DNA of 63,035 nucleotides, counting the filler, from Collodictyon triciliatum (Eukaryota), in assembly GCA_043381765.1 (NCBI GenBank). It is 7 parts of 7 records of this genome, joined end to end, with 100 filler letters (N's around TTAATTAATTAA, not from the genome) between each part and the next. Parts side by side here need not be neighbours in the genome. Positions count along the whole stretch, not along the records: positions 11,171 to 20,590 come from JBHJMP010002492.1; positions 20,691 to 31,748 come from JBHJMP010002494.1; 5 more parts are not named here. One strand, given 5' to 3'. The notes under the pieces were generated by a model, which was not told the DNA's origin, did no database searches, and was given only the letters and a program-made list of their open reading frames with translations. Position numbers and translations under genes: made by a program. Position 1 is the stretch's first letter. Each line of letters starts with the position of its first letter. Positions 14,501-27,816 of this stretch are shown here, in pieces.

Positions 14501-17500
14501 CGCCGATAACACCGCAACAAATGAATACAATATTAATAACAGATATCCGGTGTCCTGATGCGATTTAAAGCAATACGATTATCGTTACAGTAAAAGATGA
14601 AATCAAAATCTCTAGAGAAGTGGAACAAAACTATTTCAATATCTAGCTATAATTTATTACCGGCATCACTCCGACTTTTATCATGGCATTCCTACATGTA
14701 AAATATTTAAAGACGAAGAAAAATTGTAGTTCAATTATATTATAAAAATTTAAAATTTATATTAGGAGAACAAGCCCACGTCTTCAGTGCACTGCTGACA
14801 TATCCCAGTTGTCATATTCCAAAACGAAGAACCTTCGCAATAACATCCACTCTCTTCGTCAAAAAGAGCATTCACGGGACAGTCTAAAATATGCATTTGA
14901 AAGCAACCAATTTAACATCTATGAAGAATAACACAGAGGTATTTCATTTCAAGATAGCTATTTACATTATTCCAAAAAAACTCACCCGAGTGATGAATAA
15001 GGAATCCTTGAGCCCCCATTTCAGAAGCATCAGAATCTGTCATCAAGCTAACTCTAAATCCTTTTGCATTCAAGTTTATTTTCTCTTTTCCGCAACCAAT
15101 CATACTTCTTTTATAGGATTCTTTAGAACTTTCCGCACTGATGATAATCCTAACGGTCAAAGGAGGCTTAGAAACATGTTTTACAATTTTCCTTTTCAAT
15201 TTTGTTCCCACTTTAATGATTTATAAAAGATAAAAATGGGTGATTTTAAGTGTGGAAAATATCAAACACCAAAATTCAATGTGAGTGACTTTGTTCAACC
15301 TGTCTGATTTTTTGAGACAATAATTAATTATAGCCCGATTTGAATTCATCACATCCCAAGTGCACGAGTACCCTCGAAAGTACGGCAATGGTCCGCTACC
15401 ATCATCAAATTTTTGCAAGTTTGTATCTCCAACCACAACTGTAGCTTGGTTGAACTGGCAAAAACCTTGGATAAATTTCTTCAAAGTTAGACATGTGTGG
15501 CATGGGTTATTTAAGTGTTTTAGAGCACGAATTACTAACCAGGAGTATACATCGACACCATGTTGTACATATCAGATGTTGCCCCATTAAAGAATAAAAG
15601 AGAATAGCCTTTGATCACAGGGTTGGCCCCTTCTAATGATTGTTGTCCATTGATAGAAGCATGCAGAGGCATTACATCCAGATTGCCTTGAAAAAAGAAA
15701 AAAAGGTTAATGAGTAAAGACGAACCATTAACAGCAAGAATTACTAAAGAGACCTATGAAATAGAATGAAAGAAAAGAATACTAAACCAGAATGTGAGAA
15801 CAAACCAATATCTAGAATCCAATACTGACGTAGATTTGCTTTATCTATGGTTCTAGTATATAATAATACCAATTTTTCTTGAAAAAGGATACCAGAGTAA
15901 CGATATTGTCGGCCCAACAAACGATTAGATTTCAGAGACCATGATGAGTTTCCTAGAGGAGGGAATAAAGTCACTACACTTTTGTATTTGGTGCAAGGAT
16001 CTCCATTTCGATCTGCCTACTTGGTTCAAACATCCATAGCTCGTCAAATGGAGTAAAGGAAAGGTCAATTCCGCCCACCATCCATAGCTTGTCTTGTGCA
16101 AATATCAAACTAGCTGACCATCTAGGTTTCTGGAAATCAAGAGTGTATGAATGAGGGGGAAAACTGTTGGCATGCAAGATTCAGGCGAACTTAATCAAAA
16201 ATGATGTATTATGACGCCTACTGGGCTAGGCTTTGGAAAAAATTCCTGAATGCTTCCGTCCAATATATTGATTCTAAACAAAGTTTCTGACTTTTGCGTG
16301 TACAACAACTTTGATGGAAGCTAAATCATATAAAAATTGCAATTTTTAGGGAATGTTTCATCCGTATTTTCTCTCACTTCGGCAAATTTATTTCAAAATA
16401 TTCATGCTTATAGGCAGTTATCTTTTATAACAAGAAATAACAAGGATGAAAGCAAAAGAGAATGAGAATAAGAATAAGATTGATTTTTCTTAGTTCGATT
16501 CAAAGAATGACGATGACTACGACAATGACGATGCAGACTTCGATATATACCTTTCCCCCAAAGACCCAGAATATGCTATTTACATTACAAAAGCTCATTC
16601 CGGCTCTTAAACCCAATGCGGAAGAGATTCCGGTCGATGATTCCCATATAATGCGTTTCCAGGCAACAGAATCTGCAGAGATGGAAGTTATTCTCAAACG
16701 AATAATAAATCGAATCATTACTTATTAATATTGATATAGTTTTGTTTATTTGAAAAAAAAACCCAAATCAAAACTCCATAAGAAGTCATCAATAGGTTTG
16801 TTCAAATCCTCTCCACCAAAGACATAAATATGCCGCTCATTTATTCCCATTAGCATGGAGAATCGTGGGGAGGGTTGGTTAGTGGCATTCGACTGAGAAC
16901 TGAGAAGATACCAGGAGTTTGAACCTATTATATTTACAAATTTAGGGCTCATTTTTGGAATATCTACGCAATTAATGGTATGATTTTTTCTCCCTGTTAG
17001 TGTATCATAAATCAAACCTGTTTCAAATCCCCATAAGTCATTGAGACAAACAAAGGAATTGCGCTGAGTGAGCCCGCCAAACATTATATTGTATGTATTG
17101 TTAAATGGAGTAAACCCCGCATACTTTCTCCGTATTGGCTCATAATTGAGGTTCGAATCCACCCAATCATGAACAGCTTGATGGGTTAAAAATAATAAAT
17201 AAGTAAAAGATGTCCTGGAGCATATCTCGACGCTTTTTTCTATTTCCGAGGGGCGTTTAAAAAAACTAAAAGAATACATTTACCTGAATCCCACACACGG
17301 ATTTCTGGAGTAAGAATATTATCGGGACCAACTCCTCCAAAAATAACAAGCTGCTGATCCAGAACAGAAAAAGCACTACCATATACGGGTAGGGTGGATA
17401 CCAGAGGGGTATGAGGTTCCAAGGGTACATATTTTATGACATTTATTGAATCTGTTTTTATAATTTATTAATATTAGCTACAAAAGTGTAAAAGGAAACG

Positions 17501-18006
17501 TAGAAAAATCTTGCTATATGCATTTTATTTTAGAAAAACATTCTGAATGATAAGCCCCAATGAGACAGCAAAAAAAATAAACAAATAAATTATGTGGAAA
17601 CTTTTTTGAGAATAAGAAATACCAAAGGATATCATGAGTGTATCTCCGAGTATCTGCCCTCTTCTTATACCTCCATATACCACTAAATTACTGCCAAAAA
17701 CTCCAAAAGATGCCATTTGGCGAGGTATCATAGAAATGTCAAACTTTAAACTGGATGAAAGGCAGTCGCTTGAAAGAATGGCTCCAAAATATATCCATGT
17801 GTTGTTTGCTTTAGAGAATTTAAGATTTTCATTATCGATGGGTCACAATATCAAGAATAGAAGAATCCATACAAAAATTCCAATGATACGATCGTAATTT
17901 TCTTTTCTTTTTTTAGAAAAGAAAAAGAAAAAGAAAAAGAAAAAAAGAAAAAAAGAAAAAAGAAAAAATGAAAAAAAAAGAAAAAAATGAAAAAATGAAA
18001 AAAGAA

Positions 18007-18103
<97 letters not shown>

Positions 18104-20518
18104 TTCACCAATATCGTAAGACCACAGATCTCCAATTTCAGTGAACCCATCCCATCCACCAAAGATGAAAATTGCGCTCTTATAAATTCCACCTGATCCA
18201 TATGCTATTTTGGGTGCGTGTCCTCTCCCTTCTTGCAATCCAGAATTCAAATTTCCTATGCATAAAAAGGAAAATGAAAGAGTTAAATTTTTAATAATCT
18301 ATGGGAATTTTATTTCAGTACTTGTGTCGATTATCCACGTCTTATTCGTTACTTCATTTCCCTGTGCGATGTAAAGGTAAATTAACCATTAAAATAATAA
18401 AAATAAAAAAAAAAGCTAAAAACAGGTTGGTTGGTATAAGACATATTTTTATTCAATTTTTGGCTCCATTATTATAATCTTACCTTGATTCCACCGTGTG
18501 CAATAATTTTATTTTCAAAAAGTACGCATATTCTTCCACAAACACCACCTTCAATAACGCTGCGATGCGATATCCAATTCATAGTTGTAATGTTGATAGT
18601 ATATATGTTTTCAGCGCCAGAGTATGGCACAGGATCTCTACCACCAAAAAAGAACAAAATTTCGAGGTTGCTTATCAGACATCCTCCAGGCTTCTGGAGG
18701 GGAAAGTCTCCAGTAGTATCTCTTCGAGTCATCTTCAGCCCTTTTTCAAATAGTTACGTGGTTTTTGTATCTGAGTGTGCTAAACCGTTCATATCAGGTT
18801 TGGTTCTTCCAAACTGATAATAGTTGTTGAAATATGATTCTAATCGGATAAGACTAAAAACCTTTCCTTTCCATTATATACAACGAACTATTTGAATCAA
18901 TTTTTTGATCCATGGAGAAAGGAACATCCTCAACACCACCAAATATGTATATTTTATCATCAAACGTCGCAGCAGTTCCGTCAAAAACTCCAATGGCTGA
19001 CATAACTACAAATAACATGCAAAAATGCGTTATGGAACACATCGGTTTACTCTGTATAATGTTTGATTTTTAAGGTTTTCAATACCAGTTTTTGAAGGGT
19101 TATTTGTTGATCGGGTATGATATGCTTCGTTCTCAGTACCCAGGCATGTGCCCTTTACAAAATGTTATAAAAACTCAATTTTACATATAAAATGAAGTGA
19201 ATTTGTTTAAATCTATAATTGATATTTAACATACAATCTTGGACAATCTGTCATAATTCCTGGGATGACAAGGAAGACAGATCCCCCGAAAATTTACAAA
19301 ATTTCCTTTCGGACACTGACATGATATATCTGACCATAAAAAATTGTTTTTGCATCCTACCAAATGGTCAGAATTTAAAATAGGTCATTGAATCACGATA
19401 GTACATAGTAATTATCATGCCCAGTGTGATATACGGATGATATTTACCATTGAACTTCATCGTGAATCCAGGTATCAGTTTGCTGTAAGGCGATATACTT
19501 AAAATTATCTTGATATATGTAGTGGGAAATGATAGAATTGTTTTTGGTGGAAGAAGCTCCCATCGCGTCTAAAAGTATAAAAGAGTATCGCTCATTAGAA
19601 CAGTTTGATTCTAAGCATGGATGCTTTATCATCACAGGATTGTTTCTGAAATTCAGTTTACATTTTCGAGTATTTCCCTTGTAGCATTTCCGGCTCCACT
19701 ACAGCATCCCAGCTCAGTAATAGTCAATATGCGTTGCTTGTTAAGATCCATATCGATAATCTATGATGAATCGATTATTTTCTCTTTATTTGATTCTAAG
19801 GAATCTGTGATGAATTGATATAAATAATCAAAATGATGAAATCTAGGAATGTATGATCTCATGTGTCTGAACACCTCTATCGAAGTTACTCCTTCGAGCC
19901 ACCATTCACAGTAAGTCCCAGGGAAAAGACTTTCATCTTGACTGCCGTCATTTAATACGTAAACATCATTTACTGCTATCTTAACTATCTCATGGCAGAA
20001 ATAGTGGGCTAAATGTACAATTAAAATAATCAATGATCTGGCTTTNNNNNNNNNNNNNNNNNNNNNNNNNNNNNNNNNNNNNNNNNNNNNNNNNNNNNAG
20101 AGAGAGAGAGAGAGAGAGAGAGGAAAGAGCCTAGTTTAGAATTACAATTCAGAATGAACTATTACTCAAATCCAAAAAAAATACGTTTCCCATTGATTCT
20201 TCCCCATTTTTATGCAGGTAAAATAGTTTTGAGTCAAATATGTAAGCGATCGAAGAAAATGATGTAAATATTCCAAAAACCGGATCAGGTAATCGTCGAA
20301 GAAGCGAATCTAAAGTGTTATGTGATTATAAATAATATTTTCAAATTCTATAATATATCCTGAATATGTATCTTTACCCTCAACAATTAATAATTGGCTG
20401 TATTCCAGAGATTTGGTTGTTCCTCCAAGTAGAAAACCTTTGCTATTATAAAAGAAGCTCAACCCTCTGTACCTTGCATAGAGCGCACTGTTGGGGTCTA
20501 TATTCCAGGTATCTGTGT
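11561..20518 (-). CDS. Large single-pass receptor: Kelch repeats, CUB-like and EGF/Cys-rich ectodomain, TM, TKL-like pseudokinase, class III nucleotide-cyclase-like domain (5' truncated)
   Basis: Kelch GG motifs in many exons (KIYIFGG, ILFFFGG, IFIFGGWDG, LVVYGG, LVIFGG, IYVFGG, LWVFGG, LWMVGG). CUB-like segments PGTYCEWWLEG (~19900) and DGSGPLPYFRGYSCTWDV..SLMTDSD..GF (~15400-14990). Cys-rich CYCEGS..ICQQC (~14850). TM ISVINIVFICCGVIGVATLFGYSI (~14545-14475). Kinase fold FRHPNVLLYLGVC, GLKYLH, WTAPEVL, SDLYSLGAVFWEIIT. Cyclase fold LWDSFPDDM, GYEIK, VQHELNNVEWP, GLPISIGIDYG, ANIGQILV. Stop at 11561. Confidence 0.85.
18008..18100. repeat. (TAA)n intronic microsatellite (similar tracts at 31654-31748, 33858-33953, 47914-48012)
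   Basis: Direct inspection. Confidence 0.98.
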
Positions 20519-20976
20519 CTAAAGCAGTGAAAAAAAAAAAAAAAAAAAAAATATAATAAAAAAAATTTTTTTTTTTTTTAATTATTTTTTNNNNNNNNNN
20601 NNNNNNNNNNNNNNNNNNNNNNNNNNNNNNNNNNTTAATTAATTAANNNNNNNNNNNNNNNNNNNNNNNNNNNNNNNNNNNNNNNNNNNNCAAAAACAAA
20701 AACAAAAACAAAAACAAAAACAAAAACAAAAACAAAAACAAAAACAAAAACAAAAACAAAAACAAAAACAAAAACAAAAACAAAACATAGAAAAACAAAG
20801 AAAAACATAACAAACAAAACAGAACAAAGTTCAAGAGCCTAAACTAAAAAACATAACAAAGGTCGAGAGTCAAAACAAAGACACAAAACAAACCAAAGCA
20901 AGACACAACAAAGCCAAAAAAATGCATAGAATACAACACAGGATTAAAAAGGGTCGTTAAAACAGATCGACCCACC

Positions 20977-22718
20977 ATGGCCGGAAAGACTGCAGAAGAG
21001 CTGACCAAGGAGCTCCTTGCACTGGATCCCAACTTCTCACCAGGCCGCGACGCAGCGAGCCTCGAACAGAGCACAAAGCTGTCTGTCTCCTTCAACAAGA
21101 TCAGCGTCTTCCCAGCGGGCATTCTGCTCCTGACGCAACTCCGCGACCTAACCATCTACAAAACTCTCCTGGAGCAGCTGCCTGCAGACATCGCTGTGCT
21201 GAACCTGCTGAAGGAGCTGGACTTGAGCTTCAACAAGCTGATGCAGCTCCCTGCGGAGCTCTCTCTCCTCACTGATCTGGAGCGCCTCGATGTCTACGAC
21301 AACTCGCTGCCTTCCTTGCCCGATGGCTTTTCGCTCCTCACACGCCTCAGTGTCCTCATCGCCTCCAAAAACAGCATCACCAGCCTGTGCGACACCTTCT
21401 TTGCCTGCCCCAACCTTGTGCGACTCGAGCTGCACGACAACAAACTCACCAGCCTCCCTCCCAGCATCGCGCTTCTCACCCGCGTCACGCGACTCTTTCT
21501 CGAGAGAAACTCCCTCTCTGAGCTGCCCTCGCAATTCGCAGCCTTTGCCAACGCGAAAGTCATCGCCCTCAACGGCAACCAACTCTCTGCCTTGCCCGAC
21601 TCCTTCTCGGCTCTCTCGTCTGTCTCTATGCTCAATCTCGACGACAATCAGCTCTCCACACTGCCAGAGTCATTCTCGGCCCTGAAAAGTCTCGAGAGAC
21701 TGCTACTGAACAACAATCGCCTGACTGGGCTGCCAATCGAGGTCTCTGGCCTTACCAAGGTCACCCGCCTCGAGCTCATTGACAACTCTTTCTCCGGCCC
21801 GCTACCGAACGAGCTGTCTGCCTTGACAAAGCTCAAGGTTTTCAGCGTGAATGGGACTGCAGCAGAGCACATTCCAGCGGGTCTGTCAAAGGCCTTTGCC
21901 GCAGGCGCTCTCATAGAGATTGCTGCGCTGAATCCAGAGTTTGGGCCCAGTGACGACCTCTTTGAAGCAACTTCACTCCGCTTGGAAAACAAAGGCCTTA
22001 CAAGCATCCCATCGGTCGTGGCGAATATCGCCAACCTTAAAAGGCTTTATCTTGAAGGAAACAAGCTTACGGCGCTGCCAAGCACCCTGTCTCTACTGAC
22101 CAAGCTCGAGTGGCTGAATATCGACGGCAATCAGTTCTCGGAGCTCCCAGAAGAGATCTCGGCCCTCAAGAATCTGTGCCTGCTCTATGCCAGAAACAAT
22201 ATACTCGCATCTATCTCTGGTTCTGTCTCTGCCTTGGGTGAGCTCAATGGGCTCTACCTGGACGGAAATCAGCTGTCCACCCTGCCCTCGGGAATCACTG
22301 GCCTGACAAACCTGGTGGAGCTGACTCTCGCAGCAAACAAGCTGTCTACTTTACCCTCGGAAGTCTCCTCTCTCACAGCCATTACAGAAATCACATTGCA
22401 ATCCAACCCTGTAAGAAGAACCAAATATATATGCCTTATGTTGTCCATTTCAACTGGGCGTAGAGTGGTGAAAACTGACCAGACTTTTATTTTTTTCCCC
22501 CTCTCCTTTTGTTTTGTTCTCTCTTATTACACGGAGCATAGATGGAATCTCTCCCCATTGAAATGACCAATCTCCGTCAACTGGAGAAGCTCTCCATCAA
22601 AGACGAAGGCGAACTCCACATCAAACGAGCACCCCGTGGAATTACAGCCCTGCCTTGCTGGAGAAACTCCAACCAAAAGGACTTCGAGCTGCTGCTTTCC
22701 CTGTCGCTCTACGAATAA
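20977..22718 (+). CDS. Cytosolic leucine-rich-repeat protein (23-residue LxxLP-type LRRs), 2 exons
   Basis: ORF 20977 has about 19 LxxLxLxxNxLxxLP repeats. Donor gtaaga at 22411; the phase-0 second exon from ~22542 reads MESLPIEMTNLRQLEKLSI...LSLYE-TAA (22716-22718). Confidence 0.9.
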
Positions 22719-23592
22719 GCAAAGTGCGTGTCGCCTGTGTTTGCAATACATTATCCGGGGTCTTAACTACATGGACAACAACCCGTCCTTCCATCATATC
22801 CATACCTTTCATACTTGTTTACTTTGCATGTCTCTTGCATATATCCACTAATCCACCACCTGCTCTACTCACTTTACGCATATACAGATACAAAGAGGCC
22901 GAGCAACACAGCTCCGTTCCACACATCCATCAACACAACGCGAATTAATTAATACCAGGAATAAAAAGGAAAGGAAGAATACACCTATGAAGAAAGCGTT
23001 TCGGACAAATGCTCGATGGCAGACGCGGCAGATGGTATAATGGAAGCCTTCGCACCCGCATCTTTTCCTTTGAGGCATGGCTCGTGTTCCAACAAGACGC
23101 GAAGCTGTGCGAGTTTCGGGATTGCCTCCAGGGATGATGCTTCGTTTCACTGGAAGCGGTGCGACTCGAGGGATGATGCGAAAGACGGGCAGGGCCAAGC
23201 TGAACTCTGCTGTTGTAGGCTTTGCCCGCACTTTGTCTTCTTCGGCTCTTATTGGAGCCCTGCGTTCAGAAGGATACGATGGGATTGAAGGGATAATCGT
23301 GGGAGAGGATGTGTCATCTAGCGTTTGGCGAATGCTCGCACACGTTTTTTCATTTTTTTATTTCTTTATTTCTTTATTTCTTTGGAGTGGTAGATTTCTT
23401 GTCCATGAAGAACTAGTGAGTTGATACGAATACCCGTGGGAATCCTTTCGTGTTCTTTTGCCTCTTCCATTCATATGCGTTTTGTGTGTGTTTACCCGAC
23501 GCTGAAGTCCACGGCCGAAGGATTTCTTTGTCTGCCATACTTAAAAAAAAAAAAAAAAAAAGGGAGAGGAAAAGAAGCGACTGCAGACGAAG

Positions 23593-26500
23593 ATGAGCAA
23601 AAAGGAAAAGACTGGAGTGTTTTCACAAAAGGAAGAATCAGAGACGAGCTCGAATCCAACGCACACGGAAGAGTCTGACTTCCTGTTTGCACTGAAGTTG
23701 CATGTGGATGAAGCAAAGCGCGTGGCATCGCAAAGTTTCTTCAAGCAGCCGACATCGCAGAGCTCATCTAGCCCGAAGTCACAAGCTTCTGTGAGGGGCA
23801 CCGTCAAATTATTATCTTATAGTTGTAATTATATCACTTTATCTTTGACGTGTTTTTGTTTGTTTGTTTTTGTATTGTTTTGTATTGTTTTGTATTGTTT
23901 TTGTTTGTTTTTGTTTTTGTTCTGTTTTGTTGGTTTTTTTTGTTGTTTTTTTGTTGTTTTTTTGTTGTTTTTTTGTTTTTTTGTTGTTGTTGTTTTGTTG
24001 TTGTTGTTTTGTTGTTGTTGTTTTGTTGTTGTTTTGTTGTTGTTTAAAAAAAAAAAAAAAAAATTAAATTAAANTTGTTGTTGTTTTGTTGTTGTTTTGT
24101 TGTTGTTTTGTTGTTGTTTTGTTGTTGTTTTGTTGTTGTTTTGTTGTTGTTCAAAAAAAAACAACAGCCTTACATTCAGACGTATGAAAGGATATATATG
24201 TCTACTCTTTTCCAACGATATATTATTGTGCAGATATTTAAGAGAGAGGAGAAAAATAAGAGTCACGATAAGGAAAATATCGAATGTCCTGTATGTAACG
24301 CAACACTGGGTGGAAATGAGTTGGTTTGTTTAAATTTTTTCCTTTTTCTTTCACTTTTTCTTTTTGATAGACTTGCGTAGTCTTCGTAGCTGTATTATTC
24401 ATACATTACATCTCATGTTCATGTTACACCCATTGAAGCTTAAAATGCAACGCTTGATATAGGATATATCAATTCACGTAAACCACTGTGTCGAACAGGT
24501 TTGTATCATCCTAATCGCGGTATATTACACGTATTTAATCATCTATATGATTTGCAATATACATTCATTAGAGTTCTGACATCACTCCAAACTCCAAGCT
24601 AAATGAAAAAAGCCCTATTCCTCAACCGCGAAGAATTATAGTAGCTTTTCCATCTGAAACCCTCAAAAAAAAAAAAGAAGACGGGAACAATTATATATTT
24701 ACCCAAAAGTGCGAGCGAACATTCGTTTATTTTTCATTTCGCTAAAGTTATATATGTGAATACATGCACACAGGATGTCATCAAAATCGAAGATGAAGAT
24801 GACGAGATTGCACCGGCGCAATCCCCACTGCCAGAAAAGAGACATGAGACCCCATCTTCGGCCAAATCAAGCAAGTCACTCAAAGTGACTCCGACTAAGG
24901 AAGAAGAGCAGCAAATTGGACATTATGACTCGCATTCTCCTTCTACACCAGCACAGAAGCATCCTCTATCCGGAAAAGTATCTCCTGCTGTCAATACACA
25001 GCTCTCAAAAGCTGAATTTTGTGATACAGAGGTTATTATTCGACCGGATGCTGCTGAAGAAGCAAAAGGTATTCATATGCGGTCATTGGTATCACATTAC
25101 AGTATCGCATTTGTATGTGTCTTAAAATTTTATGATTAGTTGATACATTACAAAATAAATCTTGTATTCATGTTTATCAGCAAATCGCACTTGTCCGTTC
25201 CATCAATTGGTTCCTGGCACAAATTTTTCTGTGGATGCATTTCGCGGCAATATCCCCGGATGCAAGCACTACTTTTTATCGCACTTTCATGCAGACCACT
25301 ACGGTGGATTAGCAAAAAGCTTTAACAAAGTGAGTCTGTTTAATTCGTTTGCTTCTCTGACTTCTCGTAATACCCGAATATGCTTCGTAATAGAGAATGA
25401 CGAATGTATCAATAATAATTATGTATTTTTTTTAATCAAATCAGGGTGTCATTTATGGAAGCACTATTACACTAAACTATGTTCGAATTCGTTTCTCTAT
25501 TACAGACTCTAAGCTGGTTCGAATCGATGGTTTGATTAAATTTCTTTTATTTTTATTAATGTTATTTTTATCGTTATCGTTATCGTTATCGTTATCTGAT
25601 TTTATTTAATTTTGCTTGTTCCCTCTTTCCATTTGCTCAATATTTTTTTCTCCCTTTATTCAATCCAAGGAAAGCTATTTTCCTTCACTGTGCAAGATGA
25701 AAGTTCTTGGCCCTTCTTTATCTTGTAGATTTCTTTCAGCAACTCATCGACCTTAATGATCCATCAAATTGCATCTAAATGGGATATTCGTATCGTGTTC
25801 GCTCCTCCATTAGTTGGGGAAACGATAACCGTGGAAAGCACAAGAATAACTGCAATTGATGCCAACCACTGCCCGGGTGCAATTATGTTTCTCTTCCAAC
25901 TCTCAAATGGAGCTGTTCACTTGCATTCTGGGGATTTCCGTTATTGTGTAGAGATGGAAAGATGGCCAATATTCCACCAGATAAAAAACAAAGTTGACAA
26001 TCTTTACCTGGACACCACCTACTGCAACCCAAATTACACCTTCCCCGTGCAGAGGGAAATCATCGACTTTGTTAAAGAAACTGGTGAGTTAGCGCACTTT
26101 TAAATCAAATAAATACTATCTTTGCTTGAAATGAAACGCAATCTCGATGAATATGTTCACGTTTTGTTTCATAATGGTGTTTTTAATAATTATGTATTAC
26201 TAATTTATTGCAGGAAAAGCGTGCTTCAAAGCTGACCCTAAGACGCTGTTTGTGGTAGGTAGTTACCAAGTGGGAAAGGAAAAGGTTTTTGAAGCCCTTG
26301 CAGACGCGATTAAACAAAAGGTAAGAATATATCTAAAGTAGAGACACAGTCGGTTGTAGTTTTATCCCTACGATTACTCATATACCAACAAGGCAAGGAA
26401 CTTTTAATTAACCCCGATATAGGTATATGTAACGGAAGACAAGTACAAATTGTTAGAACAGCAGGGATTGGACATGAGACGATATTCTTCGTAAGCCTTG

Positions 26501-27497
26501 TCACATTTCTATATTTTTTTTTATCTGTGTTCACAGAAGGTGACGTTGAATCCAAGTACGATGCTCATCAATTTTCAATCGCTCCATTCTCAGATCTGAT
26601 GCAACTTGCCCAATCCATGTCATTTTTCTGTGGAGCATTACACACGATAAGTTAGAAGAGTACTTTAAAAAGTACAGTTCGAGGTGTGACATTCAATCAA
26701 AGTTGCACAGCGTTGATTATTATTAATAGTAATTATTATTGTCATTATGCCCCAGTGTTGTGAGACAAATCGGATTAAAAATGAGATTTATTTGTGCATA
26801 GATTTACACAGCTGATAGCATATCGCCCCACTGGTTGGACTCACGATGCCAAAATCGAGAAAATATCAGACATCCGGCCATCAATTCGTGGGAAAATCAA
26901 GTAAGAATATTATCGGTTGAAAGTCATGTAAGAGGGGAAAAGTTGCACTCACCTAAACTTCATAAGCCATCGTTCGAGACTTCCATTATTTATCACCAAT
27001 ATATTGTATCGATAAAGTAATAACAATAAAGATGTTTTTTTTTTAACTGTATCAAATATCTTTACTTTTTGTCTCGGTTGTCATGTGTCCTGTTAAATCT
27101 TGTGACTCAAACCTCCCTCCCTTTTTATTTATTTTTAATAAAGAATTATTTATGTGATGAATAAATAATTTAATGTTCTCTCTTCCTCATCTTCGTTTGA
27201 ATCAAGGATATACCCAGTGCCGTATTCAGAACACTCATCATTCCACGAGGTCATCTCATTCCTCGACTTGGTTCGGCCAAAAAGCGTTATTCCGACTGTG
27301 GACCACGCAAAGAGCGCGGGTCTTTTGCAAAAATACCTCGAGGAAAGAAAAAAGCAAAAGGTGAAAGAGGTTAGTCTGATTCGCCTGTTCATGTCACGTA
27401 TTGGTGCCTCTGTAATCGCCTCTCCCGGTCAATTCTTTAGGGCGAAGTTGTGAATACGCGGACGCTGTTGGATTTTTTCCAGCCTTCGCCGAAATAG
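23593..27497 (+). CDS. SNM1: DNA cross-link repair nuclease SNM1A/PSO2 family (metallo-beta-lactamase/beta-CASP) with UBZ zinc finger
   Basis: UBZ-like ECPVCNATL..|DISIHVNHC. Nuclease motifs [19 protein letters not shown] (HxHxDH), [61 protein letters not shown]. Last exon [21 protein letters not shown]. Confidence 0.93.
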
Positions 27498-27816
27498 TTT
27501 GCGAGTGTGTGTAATAAAACTGATACTAACAATAACAATTTTTAAATGAAAAGGGTATTTATTGGGTATTTTTCTCTTGTTTATTTGATTATGATAGGGT
27601 AATTTAAGAATAAAAAAATTATTAGAATAACCCTGGAACTTAATGAATTTCTTTTGCCATAAGTGAAGAAAGATGTAAAATGATATGAGTGTGTCAATTT
27701 CAGCCAGAAAAAAAAAACAACGAAAGTAAAAAAAAAAGGCTGATGGAAATCCTCGGGTGTAGAAACCACGCAAGCGAGGCAATGTCCTATTTTTTTTCTT
27801 TGCGTGAGGATGATAG

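Noticed and set aside
17145-17165. GGTTCGAATCC tRNA T-loop/B-box-like motif
   Set aside because: Lies in a coding exon of the minus-strand receptor gene; no cloverleaf.
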